DNA of 64,000 nt from Octopus bimaculoides (Eukaryota), in contig NC_069005.1 in assembly GCF_001194135.2 (NCBI RefSeq), positions 31,184,203 to 31,248,202 of the forward strand. The letters run 5' to 3'. This document shows positions 38,003 to 51,000 of this stretch, in pieces. The notes under the pieces are model-generated. The model worked only from the letters and a program-made list of their open reading frames with translations, searched no databases and was not told the DNA's origin. The position numbers and the translations under genes were made by a program. Position 1 is the first letter of the stretch; every line of letters starts with the position of its first letter.

Positions 38003-40967
38003 NNNNNNNNNNNNNNNNNNNNNNNNNNNNNNNNNNNNNNNNNNNNNNNNNNNNNNNNNNNNNNNNNNNNNNNNNNNNNNNNNNNNNNNNNNNNNNNNNN
38101 NNNNNNNNNNNNNNNNNNNNNNNNNNNNNNNNNNNNNNNNNNNNNNNNNNNNNNNNNNNNNNNNNNNNNNNNNNNNNNNNNNNNNNNNNNNNNNNNNNNN
38201 NNNNNNNNNNNNNNNNNNNNNNNNNNNNNNNNNNNNNNNNNNNNNNNNNNNNNNNNNNNNNNNNNNNNNNNNNNNNNNNNNNNNNNNNNNNNNNNNNNNN
38301 NNNNNNNNNNNNNNNNNNNNNNNNNNNNNNNNNNNNNNNNNNNNNNNNNNNNNNNNNNNNNNNNNNNNNNNNNNNNNNNNNNNNNNNNNNNNNNNNNNNN
38401 NNNNNNNNNNNNNNNNNNNNNNNNNNNNNNNNNNNNNNNNNNNNNNNNNNNNTAGAGATTAAAACCAAATATGTTACAATTATTGTTTCAAAGCGCCTGC
38501 TCACACCCACACACACATTTGAAAAGCACAAGGCACTGTTATTGATTTGTCTTGAAATTGGCCTGAATTGATGTCACCACAACCGTTTCATTTGATTGCC
38601 AGATTTATCTGGAAGATGTCATTAAGAAATCTCTGCTGGAATAGAGGCACAAAATCTCAGTGGAATATATTGGAATACATTGGAATATATTTCTGCTGGT
38701 AATCAATCTATCTTGGAGGATCTGTTTAAGTAATTTGCCCTTTTTTTTTTTGTCTTTTGTCTTTTGTCCATTATGTTATCCTTTCAATTAAAGCTGCGCC
38801 TGTCTGTTTGTGTATTTGTGTCTGTCTGTCTGTCTCTCTTCCCTCTTTTTCTCTCTCTCCTTCCTTTTCTTTCTCCTTTTCTCTCTCTTACCCTTCTCTC
38901 TGTCTCTCCCTCCTTTTCTCTCTCCTTCGTTTTCTCTCTCCCCTCCTTTTCTCTCTCCTTCCTTTTCTCTCTCCTTCGTTTTCTCTCTCCCCTTCCTTTT
39001 CTTTCTCTCCCTCCTTTTCTCTCTCCCCTCTCTCCCTACTACTACTTCTCAATTGCACTGTCCCCCTATCAACTTTAAATTCTTCTCTTAACTCTCCCTG
39101 TATCTCTCTTTTACTCTCTCTCCCCCTCTCTCTATACAATGTAAAGCGTTACTGTAGAAACCATCCAACCAACATTATTTATACCAGCTTTTATTATACA
39201 GAATGGTTATCATAAAAGCAACAAGCTGGCAGAACCATTAGCACACAAGACAAAATGCTTAGTGGCATTTCTTCTGATTTTCTGTTCTGAGTTCAAATAT
39301 CACCAAGGTCGATTGGTCTGCTGTTCTTTCTGTGCTGCCAAAATTTCAGGCCTTGTGCCTAAAGTAGAAAGAATTATTATATAGAGATATATGTATGAAT
39401 GTATGTGTATATCATCATCATCATTTAATGTCTGTTGTCCATGCTGGCATGGGTTGGATGGTTTGACTAGGGTTGGTAAGCTGAGGGGCTGCACCAGAGT
39501 TCAGTCTGATTTGGCGTGGTTTCTACAGCCTGATGTCCTTCCTAACACCAACCACTTTGAAAGTGTAATGGGTACTTTTACATGCCAGCGGCACGTAAAT
39601 ATAAACTGCTTTAAACATATCCATAAACACACAATGTGTGTGTGTGATTTTATATCTGTGTGTGTGTGTGTGTGTGTATATATAGAAAGATAGATAGATA
39701 GATAGATAGATGTGTGTGAAATCTCTATTGATTTTATATGTATATGTTGATTGTAAGAGAAAGTGAAATTATTCATACAAATAATGATATTTGTTTGCAG
39801 TCCTCTGTGAAAACATGTCCTGTCTGTTGTTCAATAGACAAGGAGAAATATATGAATATGTTGCTTAAAAATGGTTGATGAGCATTCGGTCCGGCTGTTG
39901 AAAATTCTATCTCAACGGAGTCTCATTTGTTCCATGCCAGCCTGGAAAAGTAGGCATTAACCCTTTTCAGGATTTGAACTGGTCATGCCTGGGCCAAATA
40001 TCTTCACCTGTTTTACGCTCAAACTGACTTGATCCAGTCTCTCACACCTGCGCTACAATGCCATTTTGAAAATATACAATATACAATCACATCATCAAAA
40101 TCTCAAAGCTACAAGTTGATGCATGATTGATTCAAAATGTGGAAGAAAAGAAAAAAAAAGAATTACATTTGACTAAAGAGTTCAAATAGCAATGGTCACA
40201 TGACGGTGATGATGATGATGATGCTGACGACGGTGATGACAACTTCAATGCTTTATGCCTAATTAGCAAAATTATTTTAGTGCCAAAATAAAATATAGCG
40301 CCCTTTTGAAAAGTGAAATACGAAAAATACATTAATTACGCATATTTTCAGACAATCTTGTAAATAAATATCTCTGGTGTTTGGAGTGAGGCTTGTATTT
40401 TTATTTATTTTCATTTTACATCAAAAGACTAATGTATGATATTATTAGATAACTTGATTCCGCAACCAGTTATATTAAATACTGCAGTATTTCTGTGTTT
40501 CTATTCCTGCTTGACTCTGAGCTGTGCACTTAATCAAATGGAAGAGCTGTCAGTGTTAGTAATGTTCTAGAAACTACCAACATGATCCCTATAGCTACAT
40601 CTAGATTTAAGTAACACTGGCACCAGAAATAAAATTATTACCCAAAATTAATAATAATTATTATATTATTTTTATAATGGTTTGAAATTTTGACACAAGG
40701 CCAGCAATCTCCATCCACAGTGTTCAATTCGTACTTGTTTTATCAAAACACACACTTTCCCCCCTGAAAGGAATGAAAGGCAAATCAACCTCAGCAGAAT
40801 TTGAACTCAGATTGTAAAGACTATTAAGCATTTTGCCCAGCATGCTAATGAGTCTGCCAGTTCACCACCTTAATAACAATAATTTCAAATTTTTGCCACA
40901 AGAGCAGCTTGGAGGGGATTAAGCCAATTACACTGACCCCAGTGCAAAACTCGGAACCTTGGGGTTA

Positions 40968-41208
40968 GTCGCCATATGGCGTAGTGGTTAAAAGCGCAGG
41001 CTACTAACCCCAAGATTCCGAGTTCGATTCTAGGCAGTGACCTGAATAATAATAGTAATAATAATAACATTGAAAAATACCTTAGGAATGAGAACCCTGG
41101 TTCGAAATTTTCCCAAGACACCTGATGAAGGCTGGAGGGTATATCAGCCGAAACGTTGTGTTAACAACAAACAAGATGAGGACAAATATCCATCAAATGT
41201 AAATAATG
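40968..41208 (+). mobile_element. tRNA-derived SINE-like element (family F) with hammerhead-containing, Penelope-like 3' end
   Basis: A box TGGCGTAGTGG (40977-40987), B box-like AGTTCGATTCT (41021-41031), GTCGC/GTGAC acceptor-like stem, (AAT)n linker, then hammerhead core and about 45 nt A-rich tail. Head looks tRNA-Thr-like by eye. No TSD seen. Confidence 0.8.
41117..41162 (+). ncRNA. Minimal type I hammerhead ribozyme motif
   Basis: Stem I GACAC (41117-41121)/GTGTT (41158-41162); core CTGATGA (41122-41128) plus one extra A; stem II GGCTG (41130-41134)/CAGCC (41145-41149); GAA (41150-41152); palindromic stem III ACGT (41153-41156); predicted cleavage after T41157 (GUU). Folded by eye; activity untested. 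Confidence 0.72.
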
Positions 41209-41262
41209 TTCTTGTTTTTGTTATTGGATCTCATTTGTTGTTGTTTTTGTTTTATTTTCCAG

Positions 41263-41340
41263 CAATGTAAAGGCAAATATCAACGGGCAATATTATACGT
41301 ATCAGGGGATGCTCTTCGAGTTGTAGATGAAATAAGCAAG
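41263..41340 (+). CDS. numb: Numb coding exon C (PTB domain): QCKGKYQRAILYVSGDALRVVDEISK
   Basis: Not in the ORF track; found by reading. 78 nt, acceptor ttttattttccAG (41261-41262), donor AAG|GTAAGT (41341), phase 0/0. Matches Numb TGKKAVKAVLWVSADGLRVVDEKTK. Confidence 0.94.
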
Positions 41341-42099
41341 GTAAGTCCTGGCTGAGAGAAAATCAAAGACAAATTCTTCATTGACAGTCTTGCTAAGGCA
41401 GCTGGGTGAGTGGCAGTGAATGAATTATTTTTCTGGTCAGTGAATTTTTCGCAATATCTTTTGTAGTAATAAGGTAGGGTACATAATATTCTTGCTTTTG
41501 GTCAGGAGCTAAAAAGAACAAATTTCATCAAAAGTCATGAAGCTTATGATCTCCTCCACATGAAAAGATGTACCCCTATGCCAAAACTGAGCTACCTACG
41601 TGTAAAACTGTCGTCTACAATGTGGAATATTGCATGGATTGACTTTTATATGTCAAAATATGAAATGTATATTCCACCCTCAGATTGAACTCAAAACCTC
41701 TCTCCTTCAAATCCAACATTATAACCTACCTACTAATCTAATTAGCCACTGTCTGTGGCAATAACACTGACTTGACATTTCAAAAGATGAGAGGATTAAA
41801 CAGAGTGGAGTGAGGGATGCATGTAAAAATCCTGAATATAGATTATTTATGTAATTAAAATGCATTGTCCTTAATTACAACTTTCAGTAGCATATTTTTA
41901 TTTGTTCTGCTAACAGAGCTTCTGCCTAGCCTCGTGATTAGACTGTTTAGGCTCTTGGTTGTGAGTGTGGTTCCTAGACTGGGCGACACGTGTCTTCATG
42001 TGAGGCAAAGGCATTTTAGCTTGTGTTGGTTCTATCCTTCCTTTTGTAAAGTTACTAGGATGGGATTTTTTAGGGAGATTTCACTGCTATTTCAGCATG

Positions 42100-42450
42100 G
42101 CACTTAAGGCAAGTGTCTTTTTACTCCAGTTCTAGGCCAACCAGTGCCTTGTGAGTGAATTAGGGTGTGTGGGAAACTGAAAGAAGCCCATCATGTATAT
42201 ATGCATGTGTATGTGTGCACGTATGTGTGCTCTTTGTCTTAACATTGCGTGATAGTTGTAAATGATTGTCATGTCATACAAGCAGTGTCATTCATTTCTA
42301 ATGTTCTGTGGAAAACACGCCTGGTCATCAGAAAATATCACCTTGCTTGGAAACTGGTGAAGGTTGGTGACAGAATGAGCATCCAGCTATAGAAAATCCG
42401 CTTCAGCAAATTCCACCTGATCCATGCAAGCACAGAAAAGTGGACGTCAA
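42100..42450 (+). mobile_element. SINE with family A head/centre but family B tail
   Basis: GGCAC..AAGGCAAGTGTCTT...GGAAACTGAAAGAAGCCC followed by a distinct middle and AGCATCCAGCTATAGAAAA...GAAAAGTGGACGTCAA. Same layout at 58040-58400. Confidence 0.7.
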
Positions 42451-43260
42451 TACAATACTGCAGCTGCTGCTTCTGATGGTGATGGTGATGCTGATGATGA
42501 TGATGACGACGAAGACGATTCAGACTTCGCAGAGTGAGAAACCAACCAGTTATATGAATCAGAACCCAATTCTAGAATTACCTTGCTGTTGTCATATTTG
42601 AAATAGTATCAACTTGTATGCATGTGGGTGTTTCCTTTGCTCATTTCCAGTGGCCTGTAAATGCCGTATTGTCTTCCTTGTCCACAGAAACAAATCCGAA
42701 TGTTGAGAAGAAAATATCAAAGGTCTTTGGACTTAAGTAGAGAAATAATTAATTCATTTACTGTTTTTGTTATTTTTTCTCAACTTACGTAGAGAAAAAA
42801 CGAGAACAAAGCTTGCTTCCCAACCACATAGTTTCAGGTTCAATCCTACTACGTGGCACCTTGGGGTCTGTGTCTTCTACTATAGTTCCTGGTCAACCAA
42901 AGCTTAAGAGTGGATTTGGTTGATGGAAACTGAAAGCAGCTCATTGTATGTATATGTGTGCATATATGGGTACAGGATGTCACCAACTGTGTAAACAACA
43001 TGAAATATGTAGACAAAGGAGTTAAATACATAAACAAGAGACAAAAATGGGAAACAAGTGAACACAGAGAAACGTCCCTTCATCAGTTGTCGGCTGTCTA
43101 TCTACTCTTCATTTCAAGCATTCAACAACAATCTGAATATCAGTATTTTGTTGTTGTTTTTTTATCTAGTAGCCTTCACATACACACACTCAAGTATGTG
43201 GATGTATGTGTGTCCAACCTATGCCAACATGAAAGGCAGACGTCAAATGATGATGATAAT

Positions 43261-43311
<51 letters not shown>

Positions 43312-43387
43312 CCAAACTTAAATGCTGGTTTACATTCTTTGTAAGCTTCTATATATTCTATTTCTCCAATTCTTTCTCCAAATTCAG

Positions 43388-43490
43388 AGCATGATTGTTG
43401 ACCAAACTATAGAGAAAGTTTCTTTTTGCGCTCCTGATCGAAATCACGATAAAGGTTTTGCTTACATCTGCCGAGATGGTACGACGAGGC
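43388..43490 (+). CDS. numb: Numb coding exon D, 3' end lost in assembly gap: [34 protein letters not shown]...
   Basis: Acceptor tttctccaaattcAG (43386-43387). Near-identical to the Numb signature [37 protein letters not shown]-run starts at 43491, mid-codon. Confidence 0.96.
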
Positions 43491-45125
43491 NNNNNNNNNN
43501 NNNNNNNNNNNNNNNNNNNNNNNNNNNNNNNNNNNNNNNNNNNNNNNNNNNNNNNNNNNNNNNNNNNNNNNNNNNNNNNNNNNNNNNNNNNNNNNNNNNN
43601 NNNNNNNNNNNNNNNNNNNNNNNNNNNNNNNNNNNNNNNNNNNNNNNNNNNNNNNNNNNNNNNNNNNNNNNNNNNNNNNNNNTCTATGAATGTAGGAAAA
43701 CAGATCTTCGAAACTAAATGTTTACATACAAAACAGCTGAAAACTCATTAATAGCAATCATTATAATAAACAAAATAATAAATAAATAGATAAATAAATA
43801 ATAATAAATTAATTAATTAAAAGCTACTCAACTGAAAATTAGAGCTCAGACAATTTTATTGTTCAATTTGTTACTTGTAATGAGCTGAATATTATTTTCT
43901 TTCAAATTATATTTTGTTGGGGACAGACTGTAGAACAGTTAAATGTTATTAGTATTTTTCTCCACTTTTAATTAGAATGCATGCGTGTGTATATGTGTCT
44001 CTCAGTGCACGACTATCTGTGTGTATGTGTGTCTATCTATCTGCTCTGTTGTATGTCTGTGTATGTCTGTCTTCTCTGTTGTATATCTGTGAGTGAGTGT
44101 GAGTGTGTGACTGTCTGTGCATTCCTCATTATATCGACGTCTGCTTGTCTATCTCGATGTGAAATATCATTGGCTGCAATTTAGTTACGATGCCTAAAAT
44201 AAAACGGTTTTTTTTCCAAACGGCTTTGTTTCACCAATCTAGTTTTGAGAGAGTGTGAAGTTTGAACCAGAAGGCAAGTCTTCCATTCCTTCCGCCCCAC
44301 CACCACCTGCCCCCTCCCACTGGCCAATGATGCCTCATTACCATATATCTTCCACAAATTATTCAGAAAGTAATTACAGTTTTAAAACACTGTTAATTAT
44401 TTAGTCAACAAGAACTTGACCTGTATTTTGCTCTGTATTCCAATTATCTCCTCTTTCTCCCCCCCCCTCTCTCTCTCTCTCTCCAACTCTATCTCTGTGT
44501 CTGTCTCGCTTTCTCTCTCTCTCTATGTATATATATATATGCCTGTCTCTCTCTCCTTCTCTGCTTTTTTATCTCTCTTTCTCCCTCTCCTCTTGCTCCA
44601 CCTCTCTCTCCCTCCCATCTCTCTCTCCCCCCAACTCTATCTCTGCGTCTGTCTGTCTCTCTTTCTCTAAACATATACATGTGTCTGTCTCTCTCCTTCT
44701 TTATTTCTCTTTCTCCCTCTCCCTCCTTCACTGTATTCCTTTTCTCTCTCTCTCTCTCTCCTCTCACTCAACCTCTCTCCCTCCCACACCCTCATTCTCT
44801 CTCTCATTACTTCAAATCACGTTCTTGTGTGTATTTCCTTCAAGGACTGTTAACAGGTAACGAAGCTTTCATTTGCAGACCAATAGTAATGTCACAGACA
44901 TATTCAATATAGTTAAACTGCCACTCCAAGCAAAACTAGTTTCCAGGCAAAATACAATGTGTGCAGTTTTGCAGATCATAGCTGTGTGGTTAAGAATCAT
45001 GCTTTGCAACCACATGGTTCTAGGTTCAGTCTCACTCTGCAGCACCATGGGCATGCACCTTCTTCTAAGGTCCCGTGCTCAACAATGTCATGTGAGTGAA
45101 TTTTGTCGACAGAAACTGTAAACCG

Positions 45126-45164
<39 letters not shown>

Positions 45165-46840
45165 CAGGTTCAATCCCACTACATGGCACCTGGGCAAGTG
45201 TCTTCTACTATAGCCTCGGACCGACAAATGATAGTCATAAGTGATATTTATAAATATATCTTGCAAGTACTTGGTGACCTTGTCAGTGCAGGCACCACTT
45301 CAGAGCACCCAGTACACACTGTAAAATGGTTGGTGTTCAGAAGGGCATCCAGCTGTAAAAACCTTGCCAAAACTGACTTCGCCCATGCTTGTGCCATGTA
45401 AAAAGCACTAAGTCCACTCTGCTGGATGGTTGGTGTTAGGAAGGGCATCCAGCTGTAAAAATCTTGCCAAAACAGTCACAGAAGTCTGGTGCAGGCTTCG
45501 GCCCAGCTGGCCTTTGTGGTACCATCCCACCCATGCTAACATGGAACACGGATGTTGGTGGTGATGATATTTACAAATTGATTGTAACTGTTTTAGTAAC
45601 AGCAGAAAACAATAGATATATTTTTTTTTATCCAATGTTTCAATTTTAAAAAATGAAAAATTACATAAACTCTATTTCATTACCCTACACACTTTGACTC
45701 GTTTAATTAATTCAAAATGTCTTAATTTTTATGACCACAACTATACAAAAATAATGAGGCAAGAAATCGTTTTTATGTTATATATCAATAATTACCATAA
45801 ATCCAGTGTTTTCCTACATTCTGTATACGGATTAGCAGTTGCTATCAGAGAATATTGCATCGTTAGTAATTATTGGGTTTACCAGTGGTTTCATATGGAG
45901 TCCTGTAATTTCTAATTAACACAGAAGAAACCTAATTAATTTCATATCAAGTAACTATTAACCTGTTTACTAACTGCATTTTTGTGTATTCATATTTGCT
46001 TTCTACACACCTCGCTTGTATATAATTATTGGATTTTGTATGTGTATATAAACTTATAAACCTAATAAATGTCTCTTTATCAGCTGAGGTTTGTATGTAT
46101 GTGTTGTGGGCGAAATTACCTGTGGCTTGTTGGTATGTGTGTGTGTTTGCTTGTCACAGGTGTTTGAATGTATATGTGTGTGTATTTGTATGTGTATATG
46201 TGTATATATATATATATATGTGTATGTGTGTGTATGCATTTATGTGTATATATGTGTGTGTTTGTGTATGTATATGTGTGTGTGTATGTGTATATATAGA
46301 TGTGTGTGTGCATGTGTATATGTATGAATGTATGTAGACGTACATGATGTAAAAATGTAAATTTATGTATGTATATGCATATATGTATGTGTATTATAAG
46401 TGTATGCATATACATGTGTATGCATGTATATATGTATAATTTATTATATACATTTACATACAAACACATCTTTTGTATGTGTGTGTATATGTATATATGT
46501 ATATACACACACACACAATTGATTTTTGCGTAATATAAAAATATAAAGTGCACATTCCACTTAAAGTAAATGTAATTTTTATTCTCAAAGGGGGATTAAA
46601 GCTTTTTTTCTTGTTTTAGTTGGGGGTTTTGTTTGTTGTTTTAACACATAAACTTGGTTATATCATTTGTCCATTTATTTATCAAGCCAAATCATTATCT
46701 GTTGAAATGTAAGTTTGTGTGTCATGTCAACCCACCTCTTCATTTCTTCAAACTTTCACGACTAACTCAGGCGTTTCATGAGAACCATTGTTCATCTCTT
46801 GTTGCCTGAGGTCTCGTCTCTATCACAAAAAGCCCCTTAA

Positions 46841-47039
46841 CTCCTTGTCAGGTCCTATATTCTGCCTAATTTGTGTTCAAGCCAGCCAGATCTAACCTCT
46901 CATACCTACCCTACAATGTCATTCTAAAAATAAACAATCGTATAAAAATCTCAGAGCTACGAGATAATGTATGATTAATTCAAAAGAATGTGAATAAATA
47001 AGCATTACATGAGATAGGCGTAATCTGAATGTTAAAGGG
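46841..47039 (+). mobile_element. Family D MITE
   Basis: TTAA at 46837-46840 and 47040-47043; right end AATGTTAAAGGG; body colinear with 8732-8952. Other copies: 9762-9945 (+, truncated), 39961-40180 (+), 51421-51617 (-). Confidence 0.8.
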
Positions 47040-48781
47040 TTAAAACCATCCCCAAGAAAACAAACCAGTTTACTTGTAGGTTTTTCTGTTTCTTTTCAAC
47101 ACTATAAAACTGTCTTGAAAAACCTGCTAAAATTGATTTCAAGTTAGTTATACCAATGATTTCTTCAGTGAGTTACAGCTAACCCCTTTTATTCTGCCTG
47201 GGTTTGTAGTCAGTTGCTTTTAGATCAATGGTGCTGAAACATCCTCGCTTTCTAAAATATCGCCATTTTAGTTCCATAAACCAAATCTTTGTTGCCCATT
47301 ATTATTATTATTATTATCATTATATTTTTACTTCTCAGATCTCTCGATCCTATTAGCTCTGGTTAACAGCATCCTGTTGTCAAAGGTCTCACAGGGTCTT
47401 TTTTCACAAATTATATAAGACTTGGTACTTAGGTGTTATGTATCATAGAAGATACTGCGTTACTACTACTACTACTGCTATTGCTACTACTGTCATTGTT
47501 GTTATGTTGTGGCATATCTTTAATTTTTAGGCAATATATCAGTTTCAGTTATCCATGAAACCATTATTTACAACAGTCGTTAGGAAAACATCAGATGTTA
47601 TTAAAACAAGAATAAATAAATAGGCTTTATAGTTCTTTGAAACTGTTCTTTAATGCAAGTAGATTCTCACAGATTCTGTTTCCAGTCTGTAACTCTTCAA
47701 TCTTCTTCCAAAATAAATAAACTCTTTCTAATCACCGTTCTGTAGCCTAAACTCTGTTGCTTTCTTAATTAGACATCCTAAATCATAGGCAATTAATTAG
47801 ATTAAAGCGTCTTGTGTTTCTTTTCACTCGTTAAGCGTAAAGCCTTTCTCCAAAGGCAAAGTAGAGGAGCTTTCTTCTTTCAGAGATGATCCACATTGCA
47901 CTGCCTTTGAGGAGATGAGAGGCAAAATCACGAACCATTAGCTGAAAGTTCAGTAAACCATTGTCATTGATTAAAATTCAGCCTCACCACACGTCTTGAT
48001 AATGCAGTTCGGCAAATGATTTGATAATCTTATTCATTAAGTAGATTACTACTAGAATTAGCGGTTGAGTATTGATGCTCTGAACTGGTAGGAATGAAAC
48101 AAACTAGGTAAGAGGGGGTGGGGCAAAAGAGGAACATATAATAAGAGAAGAAATAGAAGGGAACTCTTGAGTAAAAAATCCTTTGTCATTTCTCTTCTCA
48201 CAAAAAAAAAAACAAAAAAAACAGTTGATTTTTATCATGGATTTCATTACAGACAGTTAAGTAACAACAGGGGTAATCCAAAGCGGGTGGAGGGCTCCAT
48301 ACTTTACAGCATTGAGTTTGGTATCTTGGCTTATCTGCAGTGAAGTTCCTCAGATTTTTTGCTGATTCTCCTATTTCTTTCGATGACGAACAATCATCAG
48401 TCGCATCTTAAGATAATTTATTGGTTTCAGAACAAATATCTTGGTGGCTTAGATAAAAAAAATGTTTGTGATTTAGGACAAAGCATTGGGGAAGGGTTTT
48501 TTGGTTTTTTTTCTAGCAGCTGGTTTTATGAGATATCATTGTCGACATCACTTGAAAGAATGATTCAGCAAACATTTATATGGTGTAGAAAATGGCATAC
48601 GTTATTACGCAGAGCAGGCTCTGGTATGGCTGTGTGATTAAAAGACTTGCCTGGCAGCCACGTGATTTTGGGTTCAGTCTCACTACGCAGCACCTTGGGC
48701 AAGAGTTTTGAGCTGAATCAATGTCATGTGAATAAAATTGGGAAATGGAAACTGTGCAGAAGCTCATTGTGTATGTATGTA

Positions 48782-48901
<120 letters not shown>

Positions 48902-48916
48902 TATATATATACATAC

Positions 48917-48954
<38 letters not shown>

Positions 48955-50129
48955 ATGTATATGTATAATATATGTATGTATGTGTGTGTGTGTGTATGTA
49001 GATATATATATGTGTGAGCTCTTACCACTGGAGAACCAACAATATATTCAGATTTCAGTCATTTCTTGATTTCTTCCCTTCTATACCACACCCATGATTG
49101 CATCAAAACACATTTTTTTTATGCGTGTGTTTTTTTTAATCTTTACCAAACTCTCTGTTTAACACACATTTTCTTTATATTCATTTCCATAGTAAAATCT
49201 CTTTTTTAATTTCCAAAGCGCTCTTACACAGTAAAGTTTTCTTTTTGTTATTTGTATTTTAAATATCAAAACCTAAAACTAATTTTTTTTCATTAATGAT
49301 GTGGAATGTCATGGCATCTTAGTATGTTGTAGCATTTTTGCTTAATTAACTTGAAATGCAGCTTTTATAATTCATAAATTTTGAATTTTTCTTTTTTTAC
49401 ATCTCTGGACTATACAGCTAATTAGGTTTTATTTATCTCCTAATTCTCTGTCAACACCTTCTTTTGTTATATATTGCTTGACAAGTCATTCATTTTACTT
49501 AGGAAATTTTTTTTATGGTGTAACATACTTTCCTTTGTTTACTAATTTCCATATCAGAACAGAAGTTTTTAGCTAGCTGTAAATGACTGAGGCAGTGTTT
49601 GTCTCTGAGGAGACAAAATTATACTGAAACACAGGTGTCAGACACTTTGCTGATGTTATTTCAAGCAGGTTGTGTATTTTTAACACACTTGACCTCTTAA
49701 AAGAATATGTTCTCCTTGACTAGATTTCCATGGAGATCTCTCTTTTATGTTTGTGAGTACATGAATATTGTGTAAATGATGTACATGCCATTGTTGACTG
49801 GTGGTTTTGTAGCTGTTTGTGATACAAAATGCTCTAGGCCTATAACAATGTTATTGGTCATAAATCTTATTACTATTAGTTAATGTACCAATATGTGTGT
49901 ATAGAGAGACATATTCTTTTATCTTCCACATCTGGTTTAAATCTTATCTAGATGCCTTTCTGTTCAGATGTTGTTTTTATTTGAACTTGGGTCTGTCATA
50001 ACCCTATAGAACCATTAGGCCAGAACTTAACTGAGTTTCCATAAATTATAAGGCATGTGTGTATATATATATATGTATGTATAATATATGTGTGTATGTA
50101 TATGTATACTATATATATGTGTGTGTATG

Positions 50130-50203
<74 letters not shown>

Positions 50204-50960
50204 TAAATATACATACACACAGACACACTCATGTGTATGCATATGTGTGAGCCGCCCTTACCACTTGAGAACCAGTGTTGATTTCTTTGTCTCCGTAACT
50301 TGTAGTTTATTATATTTCTCAGAAAATAGTTGTTCTGAGGACAAGATGTTAATAGGTTTGACAGCATTAACATATTTAATGCATGGGGCACTAAAACACT
50401 AACTATAACCAAAAATGCAATGAGGAAGAAAATAATTGTTAAAGAGTAATGGTATTTTTTTCACTTTCTAATCAATCATGGGAGACAAGACTGGATGGGT
50501 TTCCATCTGGTTCTAACCTCCTCAGCAAAACATAGCCTTCAGCATACTTGCTAAATAGTGATAAAGGAGCCACTAAGTCAATAGACTCAATGATGCATGT
50601 ATTTACATTAGGGAAACAGAATTGTTTACAGATTTTTAATAATTCAACTAATATCTTGTATAATGCCGCAATGCAAAAATACCGCATTATTAATTAATTA
50701 TTGCATATCTGTTTGATTCTTTGTTTGTTTTTTTTTGTTTTTTTCAAAGAATGTGGGTTGTGTTGCAAAAACAGTGGAGGGCCAAGCTATACAATACCAT
50801 CCAGTATTTTGGTTCAACTCTGATTCATCTGAGTTCAAATGTTGATAAAAACAACGATATGGTAGAGGGTTGAGCAAAAAATAGTGTCCCGTGATTATAT
50901 ATTTTGACTTTACACTCAAGTTCAAAAACCGACAAAGTCAGGTCATTGAAATAATCAGCA

Positions 50961-51000
50961 GCAACGTGTTTCGGCTGATAATATCAATGTGTCATCCTTA
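50961..51000 (-). mobile_element. Decayed hammerhead-like relic related to family F tail
   Basis: Minus strand reads GGATGA...TGATATTATCAGCCGAAACACGTTG, sharing TATCAGCCGAAAC..GTTG with 41142-41158; CTGATGA core is broken. Confidence 0.35.
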
